Below are positions 31,347 through 40,277 of a stretch of 64,000 nt of DNA, in pieces. Within the stretch, counting starts at the first letter, position 1; the number at the start of each line of letters is the position of its first letter. The notes beneath the pieces are model-generated. The model did no database searches, was not told the DNA's origin, and was given only the letters and a program-made list of their open reading frames with translations. Both the position numbers and the translations under genes were made by a program. Origin of the DNA: an uncultured bacterium (lineage in GTDB: Bacteria; Hydrogenedentota; Hydrogenedentia; Hydrogenedentales; Hydrogenedentaceae); assembly GCA_937124615.1 (NCBI GenBank), contig CAKZKR010000043.1, positions 1,615 through 65,614 on the forward strand. Reading direction: 5' to 3'.

Positions 31347-31820
31347 TTGTTTCAACATCCCGTAAGAAATTATATTATCTTTTTGAGAGAGAATATAAAT
31401 AAACATAAGAATTTACATGGCAAAAGGGTCCATGTGTGCTTGACTTGTGGTACATATTGTGCGTACTATCGTGTAACCTTCTACTGGAGAGAAAGAAGTG
31501 ATTATCTCTCAGATGGTGTTCCTGATGGTTTGTGTGAGGACTTCAATGAATTCCGATGTGTTATGAAAGGGACCAATCAATCCAACCCCCGCTGTGTTGC
31601 ACTATTAGGAACTATTGGGAAACATGTTTTCTGCAAAATCTACTGGCGAAGACCTTCTATATGCCGTGAAATAGTGCCATCTTATAAAAAGGGTTATCCC
31701 GAAATTAAATGGGATAAGGCACGCCTTGCCTACGGATTACCTCCACTCACAGCGGAAACATGGAAATACGGACCTCTAAACGATAACACATCCCCTGATA
31801 CTTATTCCCCTGCTGCATAG
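31347..31820 (+). CDS. YkgJ-family putative zinc/iron-chelating protein
   Basis: The cysteine cluster CLTCGTYC, together with further conserved Cys residues, resembles the CxxCxxCC-type motif of PF03692. Confidence 0.5.
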   Translation: MFQHPVRNYIIFLRENINKHKNLHGKRVHVCLTCGTYCAYYRVTFYWRERSDYLSDGVPDGLCEDFNEFRCVMKGTNQSNPRCVALLGTIGKHVFCKIYWRRPSICREIVPSYKKGYPEIKWDKARLAYGLPPLTAETWKYGPLNDNTSPDTYSPAA

Positions 31821-31830
31821 TTGTATTCAT

Positions 31831-33117
31831 TTACAGTTTAATCACTTTATCTTTAAGATGGGGTTCTATATTTTTAGTGGCGTTTCGAGTGTCCAAAACA
31901 AGTTGGGAATTAGTAATTATCTCCTCATAATCATAAACAGAATGGTCCGTAATGATAGCCACAAGATCAAAATGAGATAACCCTTCTGTTATCGGATAAC
32001 AATGGAATATCCTTTCTTCTACTTCCAACTGCTGAATATATGGGTCGGAAAAGTATACCTCCGCCCCTTTTTTCATCAGAATTAAAATAATATCCAACGC
32101 AGGAGATTCTCGAAGGTCTGAAATATCCTTCTTATATGTAACTCCTAATAATAATATTTTACTACCCTGAATACTTTTTTTCTTTTCATTCAGTACATCC
32201 GCCATTTTTTCTACAACAAATCTTGGCATAGAAGAATTAATTGTTCGGGCTAATTCAATAAATCGCGCGGTATAATTAAGCGTTTTCATCTTCCACGAAA
32301 GATAAACAGGGTCCACAGGGATACAATGACCCCCCAATCCGGGGCCGGGATAAAAAGGCATAAAACCAAAAGGCTTCGTTTTAGCGGAATCAATTACCTC
32401 CCAGATGTCTATACTTAAGGCATCGCACATCATAGCCATTTCATTGACAAGCGCGATATTTACAGCACGAAAAGTATTCTCTAATAGTTTCACCATTTCC
32501 GCCGTCCGAGCATTAGAAACAGAAATTACCTCTGAGACAACCTTCCTGTAAAGTTCTTCTGCTTTCCGGGTACACGCAGGAGTAATTCCTCCAACAATTT
32601 TCGGGGTATTCCGGATATTAAACTGTTTGTTTCCGGGATCATTGCGTTCAGGAGAAAAAGCCAGAAAAAAATCCTCTCCTACATGCAAATCCGCTTTTGA
32701 CAAACGGGGTAATACTACTTCTTCTGTAGTTCCTGGATAAGTGGTACTTTCAAGAACAACCAGCATCCCTTTATGGAGATAAGGTTCAATTGCATCAACA
32801 GCCTGAATAATAAAGGAAAGATCCGGTTCCTGAATCTTATTTAAAGGGGTAGGAACACAAATACAGACTGCATCGATTTGTTTCAGAACATTATACTGGT
32901 CTGTTACATAAAATCGGTTTGTTAATAGTGCTTGTTCCACCGACTTTGATGAAACATCATCAATGTAGGACATCCCCGATTTTAATTTATGAATTCTCTT
33001 TTCATCGGTATCAATACCCCATACCTCCAAACCACTGTTATGAAACTCTAATGCGAGGGGAAGACCTACATATCCCAAACCTAAAACGCCTACTTTTTTT
33101 ATTGAACCTGTTTCCAT
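31831..33117 (-). CDS. Nucleotide-sugar dehydrogenase (UDP-N-acetyl-D-mannosamine / UDP-glucose 6-dehydrogenase family)
   Basis: The N-terminal Rossmann motif is VGVLGLGYVGLPLALEF. A catalytic Cys lies in GGHCIP. The product is 428 aa. Confidence 0.8.
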   Translation of the reverse strand: METGSIKKVGVLGLGYVGLPLALEFHNSGLEVWGIDTDEKRIHKLKSGMSYIDDVSSKSVEQALLTNRFYVTDQYNVLKQIDAVCICVPTPLNKIQEPDLSFIIQAVDAIEPYLHKGMLVVLESTTYPGTTEEVVLPRLSKADLHVGEDFFLAFSPERNDPGNKQFNIRNTPKIVGGITPACTRKAEELYRKVVSEVISVSNARTAEMVKLLENTFRAVNIALVNEMAMMCDALSIDIWEVIDSAKTKPFGFMPFYPGPGLGGHCIPVDPVYLSWKMKTLNYTARFIELARTINSSMPRFVVEKMADVLNEKKKSIQGSKILLLGVTYKKDISDLRESPALDIILILMKKGAEVYFSDPYIQQLEVEERIFHCYPITEGLSHFDLVAIITDHSVYDYEEIITNSQLVLDTRNATKNIEPHLKDKVIKL

Positions 33118-33137
33118 AAATCCATCCTCAATAATTC

Positions 33138-33944
33138 TTACTCTTTTTTTCTTTCATCATATATAATTTTGTCCCGCATTCCCAACATGCCTGCCTGACA
33201 AAGGGAGAAATCATACCGTAACGGGTCATCCGGATTTATATGGCGAAAAACCTCTGTTAAGTATATTGCCGTTTTGGCGTTGAGAGAACACGGGGAAATA
33301 AGCCGAAGGGCAACAGCCCACTGATAAACATGTGTATCCAGCGGGACAATTAATTGTTCCTGTTTCAAAAATTTCCAACAACCAACATCAATTTCGTCCT
33401 TCCGAACCATCCAGCGGAGATACAGCCAAACCCTTTTACAGGCACCACCCTTTTTGGGTATTGGGAGCAAAAAATTCAGGGAACAATCTGCAGACTTGCG
33501 CAATTCGTCGGTAAAATTATCTATTGTATGCCATAGATTTCCCGAACTCTTTTTATAATGTTTATAAAAACAACTACCTATACTTCTATGTTCTTCTATT
33601 ATCCTCCGGATTCCATATAAGAGATGGGCCATTACTATCCCACTCACAAATCGATGTCGAAAATCTATAAGTGTAGATACAAAATCGTTGCGAGACCAAT
33701 TCATCAGTTCTTTCGATGGGAAACGCCACAATGACAGGATCCAGGCTATTTTATTATTAAAGGCCTTTGCATTTCCAAACGCAAGCAGTGCAGAGATTAG
33801 CCCAACCACCTCTTTATCGCCCTTATCAGGGAAAGAATAAAGCCAGTGAACGGGGTCATTTACAGTATATTTTCTATGATGATATTCCGCATACACCTTC
33901 TCAAAAATTTGTTGAGCGGTCTTAATTTTCTCTTTTGCTATCAT
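33138..33944 (-). CDS. DUF2400 / TIGR02757-family protein
   Basis: Conserved blocks KRVWLYLRWMVRKDEIDVGCW and PLDTHV are recalled as typical of this uncharacterised family. The match was made from memory. Confidence 0.45.
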   Translation of the reverse strand: MIAKEKIKTAQQIFEKVYAEYHHRKYTVNDPVHWLYSFPDKGDKEVVGLISALLAFGNAKAFNNKIAWILSLWRFPSKELMNWSRNDFVSTLIDFRHRFVSGIVMAHLLYGIRRIIEEHRSIGSCFYKHYKKSSGNLWHTIDNFTDELRKSADCSLNFLLPIPKKGGACKRVWLYLRWMVRKDEIDVGCWKFLKQEQLIVPLDTHVYQWAVALRLISPCSLNAKTAIYLTEVFRHINPDDPLRYDFSLCQAGMLGMRDKIIYDERKKE

Positions 33945-34027
33945 GGTAATAGTGATACTAATATATTCCTATGATATGATAAATACAAATACTTCTCAGA
34001 TATCCCAACTGAACAGGAGAACTCATT

Positions 34028-34609
34028 ATGGCACTTTCGAGCAGTTTAGGGCAACACATTGCACGACTTCGTGAGGGAAAAGGGATTACGCGCGAAGAAT
34101 TAGCAAAACGGAGCAAATGTAAAACGGAGATTATCGAAGCATTAGAGGAAGGAAGATTATCCCCTTCTTTAGCCCCCCTTCTTCAAATAGCCCGTGGGCT
34201 GGGTGTCCATCTGGGAACTTTATTGGATGATAAACCGCATGCGGGACCTGCTATAGTCCGTAGCAATGATAAAGAAAGTCCTATCGTTCGTTTTTCCGGA
34301 ATACGAGTAGCCTCTGATTCCAGTACTCTGGAATTCCATCCATTAGCATATAACAAAGCCAGCAGACACATGGAACCCTTTCTGATTGACATCCATCCCA
34401 CCGTCTCTGAAGATTGCATGTTCTCGGTGCACGAAGGTGAAGAGTTTATTTTCGTCCTTGAAGGGAAAATACAGGTTTCGTATGGTTCCGATATATATAT
34501 ATTATCTCCGGGCGATAGTATCTACTACGACTCTACCACACCCCATGAAGTTCGCTCCGCCAACGACGAAAACGCCCGAATTTTAGCAGTAATCTACACT
34601 CCTGAATAA
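34028..34609 (+). CDS. XRE-family HTH transcriptional regulator with a C-terminal cupin domain
   Basis: The N-terminal helix-turn-helix is LREGKGITREELAKRS. The C-terminal cupin motifs are HEGEEFIFVLEG and TPHE. Confidence 0.75.
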   Translation: MALSSSLGQHIARLREGKGITREELAKRSKCKTEIIEALEEGRLSPSLAPLLQIARGLGVHLGTLLDDKPHAGPAIVRSNDKESPIVRFSGIRVASDSSTLEFHPLAYNKASRHMEPFLIDIHPTVSEDCMFSVHEGEEFIFVLEGKIQVSYGSDIYILSPGDSIYYDSTTPHEVRSANDENARILAVIYTPE

Positions 34610-34794
34610 AAATATTCCATTAATAAATAGTCTTTGCATTGTGAGGTTTAGTGGAGATGTAGAATTGTACCTTACCCCTTTTATTTCTTACCCGAACTCC
34701 TTTCTTCTTATTAAAATTCCTCACATTAAAATTAATATAACCAGAATGTTTCTTTTATACCGGCCCCGATAATATTTTTCATTTCTGGCTCTAC

Positions 34795-35229
34795 TCAAAC
34801 AAAACCAGAAGTCTTCCCGGCCCTTTCCTCAATATCTATCTCTATCTCCCATGCATAGTAATAATTTGCCCCTTTGGAAAATTCTCGGATTTGCTCTACA
34901 GAAAAAATATTGAAGTCGGGAGCGATTACTAATCTGATTTCTTTGTCGGTTATTGTAGAAACATGTCCCTTAAAGTAATCCTCTGTTGATATCCATTTCT
35001 GAACAGATTCTCTAACACTTATTAATTCCTCTTCATTCAATCTATTCTCTCTTGGCTTCTTATTTATCGGAACATAAACTGGTTTATATGAAAAACTTTG
35101 TATTGCTCCATCACTCCTGGATAATAAGCAATAAAAACCAGAACCCCTACATGGAATCTTATCTATTTCTAAATTGGGAGAGCGGACAAGATAGTTTTCA
35201 CCATCTATTTTAATCGTATAGAAAGACAT
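34795..35229 (-). CDS. Hypothetical protein
   Basis: It is a 144 aa ORF that overlaps the upstream gene by 25 nt. Confidence 0.35.
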   Translation of the reverse strand: MSFYTIKIDGENYLVRSPNLEIDKIPCRGSGFYCLLSRSDGAIQSFSYKPVYVPINKKPRENRLNEEELISVRESVQKWISTEDYFKGHVSTITDKEIRLVIAPDFNIFSVEQIREFSKGANYYYAWEIEIDIEERAGKTSGFV

Positions 35230-35630
35230 ATCCCAGGAAGTTTATAAAATTGTAACAATTTCTTTATCCTATCAAAAGATTCCAACTCTGTGATACTCTT
35301 TCCATTCTTTTCTTGAACCCTCTTTTTCCCTATATTTGAATTTTTAAAATCATACACTTCCTTACCATTTTTATCTACGACCATCTTTATACCATCAACC
35401 GTTACCATGTAATACGCCTTTGGCCCAAAAATCCTTTTTACAATAACATCTATATTCTTTAAAGAAATTTCTACCTTATTATCTAATACTATCCCTAAGT
35501 ACTCATTAAGGAAAATTCTTATATTTCCCTTTACCTCTTCATGCGATAAAATTTCTTCTGTAGCATTGATATTGATATTGAGAACAAATAAAATAAAAAA
35601 TAGATATGAGATTATTCTTGCATTATACAT
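35205..35630 (-). CDS. Hypothetical secreted protein
   Basis: It has a signal peptide (ISYLFFILFVLNININA). Confidence 0.35.
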   Translation of the reverse strand: MYNARIISYLFFILFVLNININATEEILSHEEVKGNIRIFLNEYLGIVLDNKVEISLKNIDVIVKRIFGPKAYYMVTVDGIKMVVDKNGKEVYDFKNSNIGKKRVQEKNGKSITELESFDRIKKLLQFYKLPGICLSIRLK

Positions 35631-35750
35631 ACAGAATCCCCCTTTTACTTATTTTATCCAACTTCTATTACTATTTCTCTCGCTAAATCTATTATTATAT
35701 AGAGTCTACTCCTGTCAGTACCTAACACCTCATTTTTACTAAACATACCT

Positions 35751-36266
35751 CTATGAAAATATATAATCAAAAAACCATTTATGTTGCAACCGCTCATCAT
35801 AAAAACCAAATATATCAATGCTACCTCCCGACATATTCGGTGGAAAAGAATATTCTGGCGTTGGTTGTAAACTAATTGGACATTCTCCTTCATTTTTGAC
35901 CCATAACAAAAACGCTAAATTCGGAGCAGGGTTCATAAAAAACATAAACCTATTTACTCCCCCACTCTCTGCCCAGTCATACGGGAAAACCGGTAAACAG
36001 GTCCCTACTCCACCATAACACCGATTACAACATATTGTGCCCGACCAACTCGCTCCACCAAAAGTCGAAGGGGAAATGTCTACTCTATATACAGGGACCT
36101 CTCCCGGCTCCCTTATACCCGCAGGAGAAAATGTAGCCATAACAACCTCGCCTCGGGTATAGTCAGACTGATCCGTATCCAAAGAAATGCTCCCGGTGGG
36201 AATACCATCGTAGTTATTGTCCTCTGATTGTTTCCACACTCGCATACTTTGGATAATGCATAACAA
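35751..36266 (-). CDS. Hypothetical Cys-rich protein with a TTG start
   Basis: It contains the Cys-rich block SGTICCNRCYGGVGTC. An in-frame stop lies 9 codons upstream of the TTG. Confidence 0.35.
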   Translation of the reverse strand: MLCIIQSMRVWKQSEDNNYDGIPTGSISLDTDQSDYTRGEVVMATFSPAGIREPGEVPVYRVDISPSTFGGASWSGTICCNRCYGGVGTCLPVFPYDWAESGGVNRFMFFMNPAPNLAFLLWVKNEGECPISLQPTPEYSFPPNMSGGSIDIFGFYDERLQHKWFFDYIFS

Positions 36267-36346
36267 AATAATTGATACGGCCCTAATAGCGGTTCAATAT
36301 ACCTCGTGTCATCCAGAGGAGCCTCATGAAATATTTGTATGATTCG

Positions 36347-36505
36347 TCAAACTCCTTCTACAGCATTCCCTGTAGTTATCTCTGTGTAAGCAATTTGTTC
36401 TTCCGTTTTTACCTTCTGTAAAAACTCCCCATCCAAACCATACGAAATATCAGAAACAGTAATTAATACTGTTGCAAAAAATAGATACAATCTTCTCACT
36501 TTCAT
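36347..36505 (-). CDS. Small ORF (52 aa) encoding a signal-peptide-bearing peptide
   Basis: The ATG is preceded by a strong SD (AGGAGAAAGAGG). The N-terminus MKVRRLYLFFATVLITVS is hydrophobic. It falls below the ORF-track length cutoff. Confidence 0.3.
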   Translation of the reverse strand: MKVRRLYLFFATVLITVSDISYGLDGEFLQKVKTEEQIAYTEITTGNAVEGV

Positions 36506-36668
36506 ACCTCTTTCTCCTCTTTTAAATTCTTTATTAAATTGTTGTCCTTACTACTTTCTCTACTGTCCAAACATCCTAATCACATTATTATAAAAAAAGC
36601 TTTTGTCAAGTTTTTTAAACAAGCTTTTTAAAAGAAATTTTTATACTTAAAATAAAGATAAAGATATT

Positions 36669-37709
36669 TTATCTCGTATTATGTGTATTGAGGGATTTGG
36701 GTAGGGTATAGGATAACTTTAATACCAATAACTCTAAAGCAGTCCGCTCATCCATTCCTGTCTCACGCATCGAATAGGTGGTCTCGTTGCAAAGATTCAT
36801 CGCAGACACTAATTTCTTGACACCAAATCGCTTTGCAAGAGGGGCTACTTTTTTCGCTACAAAAGAACTCCGCGGCTTCTCTTCCGAAATCTCCGTCGTC
36901 TTATACGCATTTTCCAGAAGCCAATGCAGCACTCCTACTATCTCAGGCGGTTCTTTCCCTTGTCTTAATAAATCATTAAGGATTAACCACGACCCTTTCA
37001 TATTCCCAAGGGCTATCGCATCCGTCAAACTCCAGATGGATTCCTCTGCAACATCTGCACAGGATTCCAGCACATCTTTTATCGTTATCGCCTCTTTATC
37101 TCCTACAAAACCAAGTAATAAAGTCAATGCATTCTGTACATCACTCAATTTTGTCCCACATCTTGCAACAAATTCTTCCAGGGCTTCCGGAGAAATTCGC
37201 TTCTTCTTATTACTTAAATACCCCCGTATCCATTCCTTCAATTCATTAGCATTCAGAGCCGGACATTCTATAATCCCTTTTCTTGCTTCAAATGCTTTAA
37301 AGAGAGGTTTTCGAGCATCTGTTGTCTCCGCGAGACAAATCAATAAAGTTGTATCTAACGGATTTTGAAGATAATCCAGCATAGGGCGTATCTCTTTGGA
37401 TTCACTTTTCTCACTGCGGTCTAACAATTCGAATTTTCGTACAACTACCACTTTTCGGGGAGAAAAAAAAGGGGGAGTCGAACATTCCATTACCACTTCG
37501 TCCAACTGAGTCTCGTCCCCATAAAAAGTACGCATCCCTATAGATTCTGTCCTCTCTGGAAGAAAGTCTTTTATCAACTTTTCTATCATTTCCTCTGCAA
37601 GAACAGGTTCAAAACTTTCTTTACTCCCTGTACCAGAAGGACAGAATAGCAAACAGTTGGTAGGCAAACCTTTCGTTAAATATTTCTCTTGAAACTGTTT
37701 TATGTCCAT
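36669..37709 (-). CDS. holA: DNA polymerase III delta subunit
   Basis: It shows HolA-like blocks of ~340 aa, with three helical domains alignable to E. coli HolA. It sits immediately downstream of an LptE-like lipoprotein, as in the enterobacterial lptE-holA operon. Confidence 0.65.
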   Translation of the reverse strand: MDIKQFQEKYLTKGLPTNCLLFCPSGTGSKESFEPVLAEEMIEKLIKDFLPERTESIGMRTFYGDETQLDEVVMECSTPPFFSPRKVVVVRKFELLDRSEKSESKEIRPMLDYLQNPLDTTLLICLAETTDARKPLFKAFEARKGIIECPALNANELKEWIRGYLSNKKKRISPEALEEFVARCGTKLSDVQNALTLLLGFVGDKEAITIKDVLESCADVAEESIWSLTDAIALGNMKGSWLILNDLLRQGKEPPEIVGVLHWLLENAYKTTEISEEKPRSSFVAKKVAPLAKRFGVKKLVSAMNLCNETTYSMRETGMDERTALELLVLKLSYTLPKSLNTHNTR

Positions 37710-37746
37710 ATAAGAAAATCGTTAGAGGGAAATATTATTTCTTAAA

Positions 37747-38346
37747 TTACCACGGTTCAATGGTGCGATAGAAAATATCCGAAGCCAGTTGTTCTAACGC
37801 TTCTGAAACGGCTCTATTCTCCTCATCACTGGCAAAAGAACGAACCGGGACTAAAAAGGTTTCTATATTACCACGAAGTCTATCAGAAGATTGCCCCGCA
37901 GCACGGGTAAAATATGAACTTTCCCCTACCATCATCGGTTCTTGCCAGAGCACCTTCCCCGTTTGTTGGTCAATTACACGAACACCCGCAGTAACTACAA
38001 TAAGAAATTGTGTCGTCTCATCTTTAACATCATAAGTCAGCCCTTTCCGTTTATAGTCTAATACAACACCCTCGATGAGTAAATCGGCTTCACCCGGTTT
38101 TACTACTTTCAAACGGCCATCATTAATAAATTTCCGTATAAGGGCATTGGTCAACGGTGCTTGAAAATCGTATTCTGATGATTTGTTATAAAAACCGGAC
38201 ACCGCGACCGTTTGATAACGCGGGTCTAATGAGACCTTCGTCGTATAAGCACAACCTATATCTAACAAGGACGCAAAGGGAAAAAGAGTCATCAGCAAGG
38301 CACAATATTGGACAACCTTTTTCCAATTCTTTTTTGAAGACTTCAT
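37747..38346 (-). CDS. LPS-assembly lipoprotein LptE-like
   Basis: It is a 199 aa lipoprotein with a signal peptide ending in a Cys. It is conserved in position upstream of holA. Confidence 0.5.
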   Translation of the reverse strand: MKSSKKNWKKVVQYCALLMTLFPFASLLDIGCAYTTKVSLDPRYQTVAVSGFYNKSSEYDFQAPLTNALIRKFINDGRLKVVKPGEADLLIEGVVLDYKRKGLTYDVKDETTQFLIVVTAGVRVIDQQTGKVLWQEPMMVGESSYFTRAAGQSSDRLRGNIETFLVPVRSFASDEENRAVSEALEQLASDIFYRTIEPW

Positions 38347-39335
38347 TTTTTACCTGTCTCCTGTTCAAATTGAGTCCGTAATTCACTCATTTTTACAGGG
38401 TTTTCTTCCAGCCACTTATTTGCTTTTTCTACTGATGGGGTATCACTATACTGATTGGCTATCAATTGATAATAAATACGCGCTGAATCAAACTTTCTCT
38501 GCTTTTCATAATAACGAGCCACAATCAATTTTTGTTCTGCTATATTTTCACGCATTTTTTGACGCCACTCTTTGATTTCTTCAATACGGCTATCACCAGG
38601 GAAATTTCTTAAAAACTCATCAATGGCTTCTATTGCTAATTCCGCTCGACTCTGGTCATATTCAGGAGGCAAAGAGGATTCATAATAGCAACGGGCTAAT
38701 CCATAGCGTGCATCATCAACCCAATCGGATTGTGGATAATTCTCTATTACCCTCCGATATTCATATCCCGCCTCGATATACTCTTTTCGGGCATGATGAC
38801 AAAGCCCAATCTTATACTGGGCTTCTGCAGAACGAGGCATAAAGGGTTGATTCGTAACAACCATTCCGTATACCTCTATCGCATGCTTCATCGGTTTCCC
38901 TCTGAAAAATGACAGGAACTTACTTCTCTTTTGTATCCCTTTCTCATACAACTTATCACCAATTTCAAATTGCTTATGGATGGCTTGTTCATACAGATTG
39001 GAATTAGGATAACCTGAAACCAATTTCTGGAATTCCTTTGCGGATTCCAGCCATTTACCCATAGCCATTTTAATCTCGCCCCTCAAAAACAAATTCTGAT
39101 CTGCTAACGGGTCTTGCCCATAAAAGTCAAAAAACTTTTCTGTTTCTTTTAGAGCCCTTTTATATTCCCCTTGTAAATACAAACTCCGTGCATATTCAAT
39201 TTGCAATTCCGCTGTTTCTTTGGGCATTCGCTTTACATTGATAAATCGGCCTGTTTGCGGGGTCCATGTCCACTGAGCATAACTATCCCCCACTACCAAT
39301 AAACTCACAAAAACAAGAATAAAATACCTTTTCAT
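38343..39335 (-). CDS. TPR-repeat envelope protein (BamD/YbgF-like)
   Basis: It has a signal peptide and several TPR-like helical repeats. Its 4-nt overlap with the LptE-like gene suggests the two are co-transcribed. Confidence 0.5.
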   Translation of the reverse strand: MKRYFILVFVSLLVVGDSYAQWTWTPQTGRFINVKRMPKETAELQIEYARSLYLQGEYKRALKETEKFFDFYGQDPLADQNLFLRGEIKMAMGKWLESAKEFQKLVSGYPNSNLYEQAIHKQFEIGDKLYEKGIQKRSKFLSFFRGKPMKHAIEVYGMVVTNQPFMPRSAEAQYKIGLCHHARKEYIEAGYEYRRVIENYPQSDWVDDARYGLARCYYESSLPPEYDQSRAELAIEAIDEFLRNFPGDSRIEEIKEWRQKMRENIAEQKLIVARYYEKQRKFDSARIYYQLIANQYSDTPSVEKANKWLEENPVKMSELRTQFEQETGKK

Positions 39336-39558
39336 ATTATATCTCCATATTCTAATTTATTTAGCAACTTTTATCCGCCCAAATCTTCATTTTACATTTT
39401 TATCTTAAAAGCCCGTAATCGAATATAATAATACCACAAGTAAACAAAAATTTAAAAACTTATATGCCTCTTTTATTGTAAAATGTTTTGGTAACAGATA
39501 AAATACTAATACTTGTATAAAACTATTTACAAATTATAAACCTTCAAAAAAATAAAAT

Positions 39559-40266
39559 ATGAAAAAGCCAGAATTAAATTTACAAACAACTACACTCTGG
39601 GATTATCCCTCACAACATTACGGCGATTACATGCAGGGAGACCAGAATTATAATGGAGCCACACCTTCGTATATTATCTGGAATCTACTTCAGCGATACA
39701 CTCGCGAAAGGGACCTTATTATTGACCCCATGTGTGGAAGCGGAACAACGATAGATGTGTGCAAGGACCTTAATCGCAGAGTAATCGGCTTTGATTTAAG
39801 CCCTTACCGAAATGACATTATCCCTGCGGACGCTCGAAATTTACCTATACGAAACGAATGCATCGATTTTGTTTTTGTGGACCCTCCATATGGAACGCAT
39901 ATTCATTATTCAGACGACCCTCGATGTATTGGTCAATTAAGTGCAAATGACGAAAATTATTACAAATCCATGGAACAATGTATTCAGGAAATTTACCGCG
40001 TCCTGAAACCTCAGCGTTATATGGCTCTATATTGCTGTGATTCCTTTCAAAAAAAGAAACCGTTTGCTCCCATTGGCTTCCGTCTATTTTCAATCCTGGA
40101 ACGATGGTTCACACCTATTGACATTATTTCCGTCGTCAGACACAACCGTACACTACTACGGAGACATTACCACACAGAAGCCATCCGAGGAAATTATTTT
40201 CTCCGCGGGTTCAACTATTTGTTTATAATGAAGAAAGAATTAAGAAAAGGAAAAACTAAAAAATAA
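39559..40266 (+). CDS. SAM-dependent methyltransferase, UPF0020/Trm11-like (DPPY-motif amino-methyltransferase)
   Basis: Motif I (IDPMCGSGTT) is followed by motif IV (VFVDPPYG). No THUMP or other accessory domain is present. The product is 235 aa. Confidence 0.6.
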   Translation: MKKPELNLQTTTLWDYPSQHYGDYMQGDQNYNGATPSYIIWNLLQRYTRERDLIIDPMCGSGTTIDVCKDLNRRVIGFDLSPYRNDIIPADARNLPIRNECIDFVFVDPPYGTHIHYSDDPRCIGQLSANDENYYKSMEQCIQEIYRVLKPQRYMALYCCDSFQKKKPFAPIGFRLFSILERWFTPIDIISVVRHNRTLLRRHYHTEAIRGNYFLRGFNYLFIMKKELRKGKTKK

Positions 40267-40277
40267 AGGAAAACAAA

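Noticed and set aside
21137-36600. Genomic island integrated at tRNA-His
   Set aside because: I saw no integrase/recombinase, no phage or conjugation genes, and no direct repeat of the tRNA 3' end by eye. The accessory-looking content alone is insufficient. It is left as something to check.
36778-37368. 196 aa plus-strand ORF antisense to holA
   Set aside because: It lies entirely within the holA coding region on the opposite strand. It is Ser/Ala-rich frame noise.
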